From Lama glama (taxonomy: Eukaryota), in NCBI GenBank assembly GCA_028534125.1, contig CM052817.1, positions 37,264,001-37,328,000 of the forward strand: 64,000 nt of DNA, written 5' to 3'. The notes under the pieces are model-generated. The model made no database searches. It saw only the letters and a list, made by a program, of their open reading frames with translations, and was not told the origin of the DNA. The position numbers and the translations under genes are program-made. Positions 25,501 to 40,500 of this stretch are shown one piece after another. Each line of letters opens with the position of its first letter. Position 1 is the stretch's first letter.

Positions 25501-28500
25501 TATCAATGGAATGAATATGTAATTGCTCCCTCCCACTTCTCACAGAAGTTTTGAGCATGAATATTTCAGGAAGTGTTACAAATGAAACTGAAAAAAATAT
25601 CTGCATGACTATTATTGATGCTCCGAAAAGCAAACTGTATTAGAAGTTACAATCCTTTGGTATTTCTAAAAATACCCCTTCAATACTCTGACCAAAAATT
25701 TTACTGCAAACTCACTACCTATCACTGAAATAAGCGTGCATGATTATTTTGGGAATCCGTGGTAAAAACCACTTTATTTTCTAATGAAAATAAGTGATAA
25801 AACTTGGCTCTTTCATAATGACCACCTACATACGATGTTGTAATTCTGCCAAGGATGTATTTCCACCAACAAATGTACTAAAAAAAAAAACCTTGTGATG
25901 AGTTTCTTTAAAAATACGAAAACTGTTAGCTACTTGTAAATGTAGATCTTGCTCAGTATTTATCTAGTAGAAGCTAAATTCATATTTTAGCAAAACTAGA
26001 AGACATAGCTTTCAGATATAGGCTTGGCAGCACCAATCACAAGAGTGTATATGAAAAAAGTCACTCAACAGGTTTACTGCTAAAAGGTGGCTTGCCTGGT
26101 ATACACACAAGCAAAAGATAAGATTTATCTTTAGAACAAATGTTAATATAATACAATAAAAAAAAATCTGGCAGAGTATATTCAGTATTAACCAACAACA
26201 ACAAAATCATAGGAAATGGACATTTTTGTTTCTTAGTTATTGGGTTTGTTTAGTATAAAGCTGATTTTTCTTAATTTCCCGAAACACTGATGACTGTATA
26301 GTCGCAACCACGCCTCCTGTTACAAGCAGAGGACTAAATACCCTGCAAGCTGTCTGCCTAGCTTCCATGCACAGATTCTTCTAAAGTCAGAAAGAATATA
26401 ATGTATGTTCAGTATATCAGAAAGTACATATTCTAACTTTTAGCTCTACTTGCTCTTACGGAATAAAAGGGGCCATTAAAGTGCTGTCCCAGATCCTGAA
26501 AACTTTGCTTTCGGAGCAGTAGGTAGACAATAACAAACACAGGCCTGCAGGTAGAGATCTTACTCAGGACCTAAAGAGTTGAGGGACAGTGGCCTCTGAA
26601 GGCAGATTGCTACAGGCATCTCCAAAGATGCATTCACTCAAAACAAACAAACAAAAGATAAACCAATAGGGTCAAACAAAACGTCACTTACATAGTACTA
26701 AGGATTTACACATGGGATTTCATTTAATCAAAATTCATGGATATAATTTATTTGACACAAGAACCGGCAGACATAGTGTAATGTGTCTTCCAACCCAGCC
26801 AATGGTATGCACAGAACCTCCCAGAAACCATGGTTTATTATATCACCAGAAATGGGTAGCTCGACATAAACCAGTAGTGAGGGAAGGGTACTTTCTAAAG
26901 TTTCTGATAGCAAACATGTATTGTGTCTCTAATAAGAAAAAAGTTTACTTAAAAAACATGACTAAGTTTTGATATATAGAAATATATAAAATTAATCATA
27001 AATACCATTGTGAGTTTTTTTTTAAAGATCTATATAGTTGGGAAAATGTAACCTGATGACAGGTAAAGGTTTTATGTTTAAAGGAATCAGTTGCTAAAAC
27101 CCTCTACTTGTGCCACAGATAATTATATTTGGAGCTAATCACATTACTAAATTACTACACCAGTTATACTATGCTAGTATAATGTAAGCTACTCTGTTCT
27201 ACTTCGTATTTTATATACTAGGTTGGTCCTTGAATGTGTAGAATGACAAAGTTAGTTACAGCACATCTGGGTGAGCACCTCCGTACTCAGCAGAAAAGAA
27301 TTAAATCTCTTAGACCCAATCTCACACATACCAATAAAACCTAGGTCAAGAAAACTAAGACCGAAGGGACGTACTCAACCATAAGCTTTTCTGGGGCAGG
27401 ATCAAGTCATTTTCACTTTCGTATTTTCTATACCTAGAACTTGGCAGGTACCCTAAGAAGCTGGCTGAATGAATAGTGTCCCTTTTGCTGAACAAGTAAC
27501 AGTACCACCTAACTGTGCCCTCTGTGTGATCTGAATGAACTTGACATGCATTGCTTTTAGTAGCAACCCTGTGGGCTGGCTCTGATCATCTCACATTCTA
27601 AAGATGAGGAAACAGCTCAGAACAGCCACCTAATTTGCCTAAGCTCATGAAGCTGGTACATGCTGGACCTGGCATGCAAAATCCATTCCACCTGGATACG
27701 ATCTCCTTGCTCTGGCCAATAACGGACAGTGGTTAGAAAACCTAACAGATGGAATGAAATCTAAGTTACAGAACCCACTGAGAGAAAGACTAGGATTTGG
27801 ATGAAAATAGTTAACCATACCGCTGGAATAAAATGAATATACCATTTCTCCCCCATGAAAATTAATGAACTTTAAATCTTATATACTTTTAAAACTGGTC
27901 AAATAACTAATTTCATTTCCAAACTCCAGGGTAAACCAGTTATTTCAAAGACATGGCACCATCTGACTTAGCTTGGCACTGTTCAAAAGAAGACAAGTGC
28001 TCAGGTAAAGCCACTCTTTGAACTACCATGTAGGTTTAACCACATTTCACATCACTGGTTAGGTAAACTTCTTACTAAAAGGTTACAAACAGTCCTCAGC
28101 CTCCTTTGTACAAATGCATTCTTCAGGCAGCTGTTCTACAAAGCGGGGAGAGCCATACAGGTTCTGGCAGGCATGCTTCCGGGGCTCAGAGGCCAACCGT
28201 TACTGTGTGAAGACACACCAGACAAGCCTTCACTCCTTTTCTGTTCCTTAGCACTGGACTTGCCCAGAGCTTCTGTAACATCTCAGTTCAGAACCCCCAA
28301 ACTGTTTCAATACACTGAGTTCTTGGCTTAACATTTCCTATGATCGTGCCGTACATTCTATTTGCAAAAGAGCAAGTGGAGGCAAGTTCAAGCAGTTATT
28401 TGCAATTAAAAAGTCACAACCCTGGTATAAGGTGTGCTTAAAATAGCAAATAAAGTGGTGCATATTTTTCAGAAACCACTAATGAGCATGTGAGAATATG

Positions 28501-31500
28501 TAAACTTACACAATTCTCACATTTCCCAAATGTTTAAATTAAATCAGGCTTTGATTTCTATTTTGATATGGGGCAAAAATCGGGACTGCAAATGCTTTGT
28601 AGGAGATGATGGGAAGTGACAAATTAGAAAGAGGGCTCGCTCCATATACAATAAATTTAAAAAATGAAAAAGCAGACCTTAAGCAGTTGTGACACAGCAT
28701 ACAAGGGGAACTCTCCAAATGGTGACAGTAGTTGGCAGAATTCAAATTCATGGAGAGGCTGTATGCAAGAGATGATGGATTAACAAGGTAGAGGGGAAAG
28801 TGATTCGGCTACAGTAGTGAGCTTATGGCTGATGGTAAAATTATGGTAAAATTGTGGCCAGAGGTATAAAAGATTATTTAAACTTTGTGGATGAAGAGAA
28901 GATTATCTGAGGTCAAAAATAAAAAAAAAAAGATTATCTGAGGTCAAATAAGGATATAAGAAAAATCATGACAGTATAAATGAGAGAAAGTTTGAAGTTA
29001 ATAAATAAGATTAAATTTTTATGTATGCTAAGTAAGATACTAGTACAAGATGCTATACTGGACAACTAGAAACAAAATCTAGAAAAACTGCGGCTGACAA
29101 TCATATACCTATTTAACATTGCTTATAGACAGGTAAGTGACTGCACAGCCGGCAGCCTATTAAGCCCCTTTAAAGGTAGCAAGTATTCTCTGCCTCCCTC
29201 TCATCATTCAGGCTCCAGATCAAATATCGCCTTCTGTGAAAGACCTTTCCTGACCCTCCCAGAAGTATCAGCAGCACCCAAAAAAGCTGCTTCCCCTAGC
29301 CTGTCACTATCACATCACCTAGACTATATTACATGCCACCCGCATTTAGTTACCAGACATGCAAGACAAGAACTTTGTCTTACTGGCTACAATTTCCCCA
29401 AATACCTAAACCAGCAGCAGGCACACAGCATGTGTTCAATCATTATGCACTGAATGGATGAATGGAGGCCATTTCTGAAACTATCTCCAAGTCACCTGGC
29501 GCCAAGCCCAGAGAATAATATTTATATAATTGGGGTCAAAAGCATGTTAAAGAATGACGAGAATGATTCTTCTTATGTAGAATATAAACTCATTTACATT
29601 ACACTTATCTATTAGACAACAGGCACTTGATAAATTTATTCTTTTTGTCCATTTTATTTGACCTTTGGTCTAAGACCAAGTTTTGGAAGTATATATTATC
29701 CTAAAAGGGTGCTCCCAGAGTAGTTCAAGCCATCATTTAAGAAAGTATAGCTCCAGGGGAAATACTTTGAAGGAGATAATCCTCCAGCATCTTATCTGTA
29801 TTTTTATAATTCTTTAAAATTATAACATATAATTAAATTGATATATATATTTATTTATAATTAAACATTTGATTATAATTGAGAATTATGCTTCATTTCA
29901 TAGCCTCACCAGAATATCCCTTCAACATTTATGCAAGTTTCTACCACTAATTTGTATACAATGTGAAGTTAAATAGTGCCCTGCAAGAAGTCCTGGAATA
30001 CTGTCTAGTAAAGCCAGAACTCCAAGAACTGACTACAGCAAATGACTGTAATTCTGCCATGAGCTAGTTACAGGACAGCGCAGATGGGGAGAGGAGGTGA
30101 TTCTGCGTTTGGAAATTTCAGTATTTTCTAAATATTGATTTAATGTGTCCTAGCAACTGTAATTCTGAAATAAGCAGATTTTTCAAACATTGCACGGAAT
30201 GACCATTTGTTTGCTTTCACTTAAGAATGGAAATTATTCAATACTCAATATTACAAATTCTCATTTCTCCATAGCATGGCTAATATTAACTCACTTAAAA
30301 ACTCAATCACTTGTTAAGTTGGGAGTGAAAAGTAAAGTGCATCTTTCTCCAGCAATACCAGGTATTTGAGTACTGAGAACTAGCATTAACCACAGGATCT
30401 CCATTTACACTATGAGATGCTGAAAGTTTAACTCACAAACCTATCACTGACCAGTCCAGTGTTTGTTCCTTGTTTTCAGAAGAGCTGAAGAACTGTGCAT
30501 ACAGGACAGTGGTATGATCTCAAGGACAAATAGTTTATAAGTTTTGCTCACAGGGGTGACTTCTACCACTTCCTCCATAATGTTCAGCAGCAAGTAGCAC
30601 TTGAAGCTAAAGCTGTCATTGGAATAAGGCCCCAGGTGAAGCACCTTCACACAGCATAAGCTAGCATTTAAAAACAAGACAAAAAGAAGTATCTAGAAAA
30701 GGAAAAAAATTTTTTTCCTAAGGCAGTTATGATTTAAACGAACTGGTACAAGTAAGCCGTTTCTTTGGGCTGAATTCTAAGATATTTCAGCTGACACATG
30801 TGTCCTGATGTGATGGTTTTATATTACAGTAAACTGACAGGATGGGTCTTCCTTAGTTCTTTGCTAAGATATTTAAAAACCAGTGAAGTTTTGAGTAAAA
30901 GCCAAAACTCAGGCTTATGTGGAAAGGTGTCAGATTCTTTCCAGCCGTCATTGAACTCTGCACCATTCCTTCTCGTACAACTTTCAGGACAACCTCAACC
31001 CCAGTCTTCACATCCAAAAACTTCCCTCATTTCAAAAGAAATTTTTCAAGTAAGTAATAAAAATCCCAAATTGCTATGATTGCTAATTTCTACCTCTTAG
31101 TTGAAATAGGTACTGATGATTTTTGAAGCAAAAATAAGACAAATAAAGGAGGACACCCTCTAGTAAGGCTTGGCCACTTCAGGGTAGGTAGTGGGGTGGG
31201 AAAGACGGAAGTCAGCCACAATAATGTCCATCAATTACTCTATAGTTTGTAAAACAGTAACACGTGATCCCTTTGGACAGGCTGGCAAATCACTGACACT
31301 AGGCAACTGCATCTGACTGTACAGAAAGGGAACTCTCCACAATTATACGAAGGACATTACAACTGTACAGAAAAAGGAAATTATTTCGTACTCTGCGCTG
31401 AGAACTCAACAGATCAAAGCCTTGGAAAGGAGAAAGATTCCAGAGCCAGGAGCCCTGAAACCAACATCCCCTCCCCTAAACTGAGAAGCAAATAACACTG

Positions 31501-34500
31501 ACATCCTAGCTAATCACCTCCCTGAGGTGCTTGGCCAGAAGGAGGTCATCATTTAAGAACTAATCAGAGCTTCAACTACAGAGATCAAAAGTAACGGATT
31601 CAGCACCTGTTTCTTTCACACCTACATCCTTCTACCACCTGGCTAACACCTCCCCGCCCCCAGGTCTGGACAGATGTAAGAGTTCATACAGACTCTCCAC
31701 AAGCTTATCCTCCAGTGCCAGGCCCCTCGTTTTCCCTTTCATAAGGACTCCTCCACTTCTGTCAGGAGTCCCGAGTACTAGTAACTCTGAAAGAAAAAGC
31801 ATTAAGACCTAGATTGGTTTTTAAAACCAAAGTACAAATGACCCTGTAATTAACTTTTTTTCCGTGACATTCAAAGTGCATTAGACGATCTTCCTGCCAC
31901 TCCATGTGTCACTGAAATAGTTTAACTGCATGTCAAAGAGCCCTGATGCTGACACTAGATCAAATCAACCTGCAAACACCAAGAGATTTGCCATGCCAAC
32001 TCTGAAACAATGATTGCACTTTAAAAATTAATTGGGACACTGCTTTCATCCAATCTCCATACAAGTGATTCTTTTTTTCCCAAAGGCACATTTCATTTTG
32101 GCACTTAGCAAAGTGCCACCCCACACAGCCCTCGGTATCCACCCCGCCTCAGGGTTACTTTCTCTCCTGCATCACTCTTTCCCTCTTCACCTGCACTGGG
32201 CCCTGTGTTCATCCCAGCTCTAAATCTATTGGGATCAAAACAAATATTCTTTTCTAGGTAATTTTATACATGGTAAGGTAATAGTTTTTTATAAAGAAAG
32301 CACTACATATGCTACTGATATAGCATATCTGTCATAAATTTTCAGACACCTCTGATTTTCAGTTTAACTCACATATCAGAACTACCCATTTCTTTGAGTA
32401 GCAAAATCATCATAGAAAGTGGTCAGTCCCTACCAACTACCTAAGTCTGAAAGCTGATGGAAACTGGTGTGGGAGGGTGTGCTCTGGACTGCTTAGTCTG
32501 AAGCGACTTCTCAGGCCTGGGCCAGACCCAGTGGCCCTGCTCCCTCTATACACCGGCCCAGGGAGCCAGCAGCCTCCACCCGCTCCGCCCCTCAGGAAGC
32601 CCCTCCTTTCTGTTCTTACTGTGAGTGGGATGCAAGCTCTTCAACTCCCCTGCCCTTGCTGCCCCAAACACATCAGCAGAGCTTCTTACAGTCTAAAGAG
32701 CTTTACTTCCAACCATTACCAGGAGCACAGGGTGTAACGGTTTGGGGAAGCAACGGAGCTCCCCAGGATTGCCCTGAGCGTGGTCCTTGGAGTCGCGGTG
32801 TCTGTTCCCCACCAGCCATCAACTGGCTTCCCCAACCACCTCCTCCTCTAAACGTCATCTAAGGAGATGACTCTAGACTCTCAGAACTCAGGATAAACTT
32901 TTTTTTTAAGAAACAAAAAGGGAAAAAAGAAAAGGCAAAAAAGACAAAGGGGAAGACTGACATAGGGCTAATTTCTTTCCCTAGCAAGCAAAACTTCACC
33001 ATCAGCCAGACCTACAAATGAAAGAGATTTTTATTACACGCACAAAAATTCATCCTTCAAACTATAACAAGTTTGTCTTTTAACAATAAATCTCATTATT
33101 TTTTTTCTTACTTTGGGGAAGTGGAAACAATCGGATGAAGGACCTGACCTTGGGAACAGAGATCTAACCCAGCCCCATATGCAGTCACAGTGAGGAGACA
33201 AAAGAACCTCTTGGCCTCAACTATACGCTTTGTAAAATATTCAACCCACAGCAACACCTCCTTCCAAAATACATGGACAAATCCTAGGCTTAGAAAACAG
33301 AAGGCGGAGACTAGCAACGCCGTGTTAGTACGCACTCAGATTGCGAGAGAGGAAGCCCTCCACACCACTGCTGGTCGTGAAGTGAAAGGAATATGAGTTC
33401 AACACCAGCAAGAAATGACAAACTGGGTCAAAAAGCTGGTTTAAAAATCTTTCCTATGTAGTTTCAACTGTTCCAAAAACCCCAAAATATATCTGGACTT
33501 ACTTGGCCTTAATAAAGAACAGCTGGGCAATAAGACATTATTTATTAGTTAAAACTAGGCCAAAAAAGTGGCAGAAAATCTTAAATTGTGCACATCCCCC
33601 CAAATTTGTTTCCAAAAGCTAAAGCTATTTAAGATTGAAATTCATAAAGCTAAAAGCCTTCTATTTCCCACGGTTAATATGTAGATAATGGCTCAAAGGC
33701 CTTTCCTTTTGAGAAAACCCTTTAGCAAACTCTTACGGTGCCTAAAGCTTCAATAGGATCCAAATGGAAATGTAGGTCATTTCTTCCCCTTACAATGCAG
33801 CAGTATTTTATGAGTCATTACTTGAAAGCAAAGGAGGGGAAAAAAAAACCTATGCAAGACTTTCATGGGAAATTACAATGTAAACTTTTAATAAACATAA
33901 GCATTTTACTTACGATGTTCCCTGCTGAGAATTACTGTGGGTTTTTGAAGATGTATCATACTGTTCTGTAAGGGAGGGAAAAATGATCAAACACAAAGAC
34001 AAATTCCCGAGACTATTAGTTATAAATTCTTTTTTTTTTGCTGTCCCCTCCTTCACCTTTTTCACCTAAACTCTTAGAATATTTGAATTCCATCAACCAG
34101 GGTGCTATACACTGCTTATAAAATAACATTTATGTTACCGCTAGAGAAGGGGCTTGCTCAGAATTAGAAAATCCCTTAATAAGGAGAACACACTCTGAGA
34201 CATGCCATCCAGGCTGCCGGAGACTCTCCCATGCGTGGGAACCTTTCCTTGGTGTCGGGGGGTGTCCCCCCATGGAAACAATATGACGGGGCGGCCCTCA
34301 CCCCCCACCCGGTGTGACTTCACGTATCTATCAGTGACAGCCTAGCACTGCCATTTATAGCTTCCATCCTTGGCCCACTGTGCTCCCCCTGCCCCCCATA
34401 CATTCATTCAACTGCTATTTACAAACTGCCTGTTAGACACCAAGATGTTCAGGGCATTTGACCTTGTCCTCAAGGAGCTTGCAGTTGACCAAGGGACACC

Positions 34501-37500
34501 AAGCAGGTGCACAAATACCTACAACCACAGGCAGTGTGAGGTAAGTGCACAAAAAAATGGACTGTCCTGGGAATCCAGAAAATAGTCACTCTGCTGGTAA
34601 CGGCAAAAGGAACAAAATCAGCTGTGTCACAAAGGATGTGTGAGATGCGGAGAGAATGACTGCCGGCAAGAGGGAGATGGGGGTGAGGAAGGCCTTTGGA
34701 CGGAAGAGACAATGTGAGTGAAGGTAGGAAAGCAGGGACAGGACAGAGGGGTAGAGCCGGGGTGCAGAGTAGGGGGGCAGCATGGGAGGACCGGCCCAAG
34801 TCAGAATTTAGACGGCTCTGAATGCCACAGTGGGAAGTTAAAACTTCTGTCGCTGGGCAATGAGACACCACCACGGCAATTCCTCAGAGACATCAGCCTG
34901 GTGGTGCTACCCGACAGAACATGGAAAGGAACAGGAAAGGTTCAGCGTGGAGGCAGCAGAGCAGCTGGGAGGATGCGTAACGGGGACCTGAAGCAGAACT
35001 CGAAGTGAATGGAAACATGGTGCCTTGCAGCAGGGGTGAGGAGATGCCCCACCAGCGTGAGGTGGAGACCCTTGAACATGTGCAATTAACCGCTTCATCC
35101 TCATGGTGGCAGCAGCTCTTATAGGATATTTTTTAACAGCCTCCCCTTCTGGCTAGCAAGCTGGGGCTGGGATTCCCAATTAGAGGGGCTAAATCCACTC
35201 AGACAGACTCCACACAGTCATCTCGGCACAGTCCAAGCTCCACAAGGCTCTGGTAATCCTCAGGCAGCCAAGTTTTTTTTTGCACACATGGACATTAATA
35301 CTGGGGCATTCCAGTAAAATCCCTATACTTCATCCTCTACAGACTCCAAAACCATAAGGTTTCAAGAAATCTGAATTCTCCTGCTGAGCTTACTTTGAGA
35401 AATAGATGTCACACTCTACTTCTCTGAAAGCTCTATCTGCACCTACTCCACTCCCTCTTCATCCAACATACGAGACCCCTCTAGTGCCCAACTCTACCCC
35501 CTAAAGGTCACACTCTCAGAGGTAAACAAGGTTTTCCAGAACACCAACAGACAAAGTGGTAGCAGCACAAAAAAAACCCCACAGTAAGCATTTGCTGAGC
35601 CAAGACCTACAGGAGACCTGCCAGTGTCTGAAGACTTCTCATCAGGACAACGAGGAACCAGTCCACACTCCTGCACTGGCCCAGAGGGCCACCAGCCTGG
35701 GCCAAAAAAGTGCTTACCAGTTCATCCTCAACTATATTTTGCAAAAAAGGAGAAACCAGACAGCTTAAAGGATTATAGGGTCTTTCTAAACCAGGAGTTA
35801 GCAATCATGCAAGATGTGAGTAGCCCAGTGGAAGGCATATAATCTGCATGACTGGCAGCCCTAGGACATTGGGGGGCAGGGGAGCAAGAGGTCAAAGGTA
35901 CACAGCAGTGCAGCCCACAGCTGAGCTGGGGACCCACCTGCTCACTTGTGCTGCCAAGATGTTGGGGGGGGAAGATTGCCAATACTGTGGCAAGATGGTC
36001 ACATTCATTTCTCTGCATCTGGAAGGCATTTAGTTAGCAGTTCTTTGCAAGGTCTTATTCGTTATCTCTAGAGCAGGGGATGGCAAACTTTTTCTGTAAA
36101 GGTCAGGTAGGAAATATTTTAGACTTGGCATGCTATACCCTGTAGCATTAGTAATAAATGAGTGGGAATGCCTGCAACCTAATTAAGCCTTCTTTACAAA
36201 AACTAGCTGTACAACAGATCTGACTCTCAGGCTATGGTGTGCCTGCCCCTACCCTAGAGGAAGGACATTCGTTTTTCGCTTTTCTCATCTTTTCAACTCT
36301 CCTCATATCCTTGCAATTTATAAACAACAGGATAATCGAGGGGAAAATACAACTGAGGGAAAAGAATGCGATGGGGAGATCTGAAGAAGAGCCACCTCTG
36401 TGGGGCGTCCATGAGCAACCTTCTCTGGACCCACATACATGCTCCACACACCCTACTGTGGTCTCTCCGTCCTCTGAAGATGAACACTCCGTAAATCAGG
36501 CACTCACCAGATGACTAAGGAACTAAATGATTTCAGATACACTAGTCATTTTTGTAAGGCTTCAAATCCCTCACATGTATTTAGGACACAAAGAACTGAC
36601 TGAACCGAGGAGTTATTGATGAAGAGAAAGGCTGGATCCAGTTAGCTTTTTCCTGTTTCCCCCTGAATTCTCAAATATTTCCAATCCATAAAAAAAAAAA
36701 GCCAGAAAAGAATTACATGGCAAATACATAGAGAAGGACTTAAGAAGCTATGTGCTCTCTTCCTTATAAAAATTCCATACTTTGTTTTAAAAAAAAAACA
36801 AAACACAAGAACCACATAAAATACCCCAACCCATTCTTATATACAATTCCAGGGTAACGGTGCTTTCACAGTCGCTCTTCAGATATTCATCATAAGTCAG
36901 GCAACCCCAAATTATATGTTTGGTACTTTATAAGACATCTTCATTAACACTGCAATAATCCGAAATTCTACTTCAAGACCAGCTTTATGTTTGCCTCCCT
37001 TCCTATGTTTTAAGCACAGGAGGCCCTATCTCTGGGGGGCATCTTTCTTTAATTTTTTTTATATTTAAACAGTCAACATCATGCTTTGTTCTCCAACGCA
37101 ATCATCTGTTCCACATATTTACTTACTTTGGTTTTGGGTTGCAGAATTGATATGCTGAGAATCCTAGAAAGAAAAATAAAAATCTCTAGTTATTAGAATA
37201 TTAAGGTTTATAAATCTAAGACTGCATCACTGCTAAATCTTATAAACACTGATAAATCTAATTTTTACATAAAATAGGTTTTATTGCTTCTATTCTTTCC
37301 TAGAGTTTATTCTTCCTTTGATGTCAAGCAAGGATTTTTTTTTAAGCACAAGGTATAATGTTTTACCTTAAAATCAAATAATGAATTACCTTTAAAAAAA
37401 AAAAACTATTACTAGAAGAGATAGAAAGCATCCAACATGGCAAATTTGGGTTTGGGTAGATATATCCTCAGTGACATCATGGAAAGGAACAGCAAACATG

Positions 37501-40500
37501 TATTAACAATGTGCATATATACCAGGCTGGACTGAACACAGATCTAAAGGTGATATTTCTGTATTCTGAAGATTATGCACAAGTACAGAACAACAGCAAC
37601 AAAAAAGGCAGTGTTTTTAATATAACATTTACAATCAACAGAAACATGCAAGTTAGCAACTGATTAGCTTGTTATTAAAACCAACACTAATGCAACAGAT
37701 CATATTAAACTTTAAGAAAAGGTAGGAGGTATTATAAGTGTAAGATGTATGTATGCATCTAAATTCTGAAGCAGGAAGCAGACACCCTACCTCACTTAAC
37801 TTCCTTGTACCTCTGACTCCACCTCCCTCGCAACTAAGTCAAGACGCTCAAAAATGACAGAATTTATTGTAAAGTCCTGAATGCCTTCCTAAGCCACAAA
37901 ACCCTGTACAAGTGTAAGATGTACTTACTGACATGACTTGGCGAGTAAAGCATGTGCAAGCATTAGGAAGCACTTTAGAAGCTAAAAGTAACTTGCAAAT
38001 TTAACCTAATTTCCAAAGATTTCAACAAGTAATACTTAATCTGGCACACAGCAATATTTTAGACTTTTCACTGGTGTGGATGCAGGGCTTCCTGTACTTG
38101 TAAGCAGTTACCTTTGTGGGAAAAGGAAATTTGGAGGGCTCAGCTGTACTAGGCGTGTGTATTGCTGTCAGAGGAGGAGGCCATGAATGGGTCATTTCCT
38201 GGAAAGAGATTTGGAAAGGCAAGATAAAGAAAATTATAAATAGAACATTTACTGCTACTTCAGTTAACTTCTTTAACTTAATGTAGAGTGGACTGATGGT
38301 AAATGAAGAGTAAAATCTCAAAAGTTATTTCATTTACTTAAAAAAACAAAAAACAGAAAATACCTCCTACTTGGTGGGCTATATTTGTTCAAAAGCTGAA
38401 GATCTCCAACAAACAAAACTGAAAAGAAATCAGTTTGCAGAAGGAGAGCACAGAACAGGAACGGCCTCAGAACCCTGCGGAGCCTGAAGCGTGAAACGGC
38501 AGCAGGTAGCACCAGAGCTTATGTAACTATGAAAACGCAGTCCCGTCTCAATGTGCTCTTTCTCCCTCAGCTTCTTTATTGCACTTCCTGGAATTATTTA
38601 AGTTCAAAGGAAGAAGAACTTTCCTGTTTGACTTAAGCAAACAAGTAATTCAGGTCACTTGTTCCACTTGGGAGAGTTTTAATGGATTTGACCCTTCCCT
38701 GGTACACGTTACTAGTACATAAGAACTTCTGTGGAGAACGCTTTACAACGTGACCGTCCCTTTTCATTAACAGAAGTTTCATTTTTATTCACTGTTTTCA
38801 TAGAGGCAAAACTTCCGTGTCTTACAAAGTAACACACCTATCTGGACATGAATTCTTTTCTAAGCACATTCGCTTGCTAAGAACAAGTGGAAAACAAAAT
38901 GTCAGATTAAAGGTGCCTGATCACAAACGTGCCACACACACACTTTGCTGAAGAGCTACAATGACACCAGAGGTCGTTAACACCAGCCCCTTCACTTTAC
39001 AGCTGAGAAAACCGAGGTCCAAAAGGACAGGATCAGGTCTCCCAGGAAGCTGCCGGCTGGCAGCACAGGGAACGCACAACCCCCCCCACCCCGCCTTCTG
39101 AGTCCAAGAAAAAGCAGCCCATCCCCACGTGTGTTCAGACCTGCCTGGCAAACTGGTGTCAAGGTCGACAGGCAACCTCCACCAGCAAGCTGGGGAGCCG
39201 GGATCCTGCTGTACCACCTGTACAGAGCACTGGGCCTTCTCCCACAGCGGTGACCAGCCTCCCCACGACCACAGAAATGCCATCCGATCCTTGCCACAAC
39301 TGGAAATTGTTGCAGCGGCAAGCATCTCCACTCCCAGCCTCCGTGCATATCTTCCCACGGCCGTCCTTGCCAGAGCCCCAGGACATAAAGGACCAGGCAC
39401 AGTGACAAGCAAAGTAACCTGCACTGGCTTTTCTGAGTAATTCTTGCTCAAGGTGGTATCATGCCCTTGCTCACTTGACTAACCACCTTCTGCTCAGTAC
39501 AAGAGAGGAATTCTGTACCAAACGGCAACAGAAAGGGTAGCAGTTCTGGAGCCAGAGTCCCGGACTGGACCCGAACTCCGACCCTGTTGGTCAGCTCAGC
39601 TTGAGGTGCTGGGGCTCCGTGAGCCCCAGCTCTCAGGAAGACCTGGACAAAGACCACTTATTTTTCAAAGCGTATGTAAAGTGCCTGAATACGTGGTCAG
39701 AGAAAGCACTTAATCAGTTAAAAGCATTACAATTTTTAATTAAAAGTCTGGTTTTTAAAGAATTTTAAAATACCGCACCGCAGAAGAGTTCCCTGTTAAC
39801 TTTATTTATTTGGCTCTCCCCTAACATATGGTACCATTAGAATGTTACAGTGTAAAAACACGTAATAATTAATTGAGAAGGTGTTTGAAAGTATCACCTT
39901 TCTGTCTTCCAAGAATGTCTTTAGGATCCCAATGGTATCAGTATCTATGACTTTCAGTCACCACGGATTCCCAGGAAACATCCATTGTACTCGCAATGCC
40001 TGAGGCTGCCCCAGCTATTAAATTAGGCAGTTGGAAAGTGCATAAACTCTTTCAGGCCCTAAGTGGTTTGCTGGTAGTGTGAAAGAATTTATATACTTCC
40101 CTAAATGCCCCCCTTATAGGGGAAGTGAGGCCTTATGAGAATTGGGGCCATAAGGAGAGAATGGCCAAGTCCTGAATTCACTCCTACCTGAAAAACGACT
40201 TACCACACCAATGAGGGCAAATCACATGGCACCTGCTTCAGACCTGGCCTTCCAGGTGCCACCGCTGCTCTCTCCTCCCCACTCTCCCCCCTGCTCACCT
40301 GGCTCTAGACACGCTGTCTAGTTCTCGCTGTTCCTCTAACACACCAGCCTGTTCCCACCTCGAGGCCTTTGCACTCACTCTTTCCTCTGCCTGTTCCTCC
40401 ACTCACCTGCCTGCTGTATGACTCATAGCCCTTATCAACGTCTGACACTTTATTATATATTTATCTTTCCCACTATGATCTCCAAGAGAGCAAGGACTCT

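Noticed and set aside
26564..26640. Possible cassette exon ending TGA|gtaaga
   Set aside because: Several weak competing acceptors and a weak donor, so no single model could be supported.
35718..35785. 68-nt exon candidate with a gctaac branch point and CTG|gtaagc donor
   Set aside because: The pyrimidine tract is very short and the exon shifts the frame; within chance expectation.
38921..39451. Overlapping ORFs of 75-176 aa
   Set aside because: GC-rich intron partly overlapping MIR-like sequence, with no recognisable domain or splice support.
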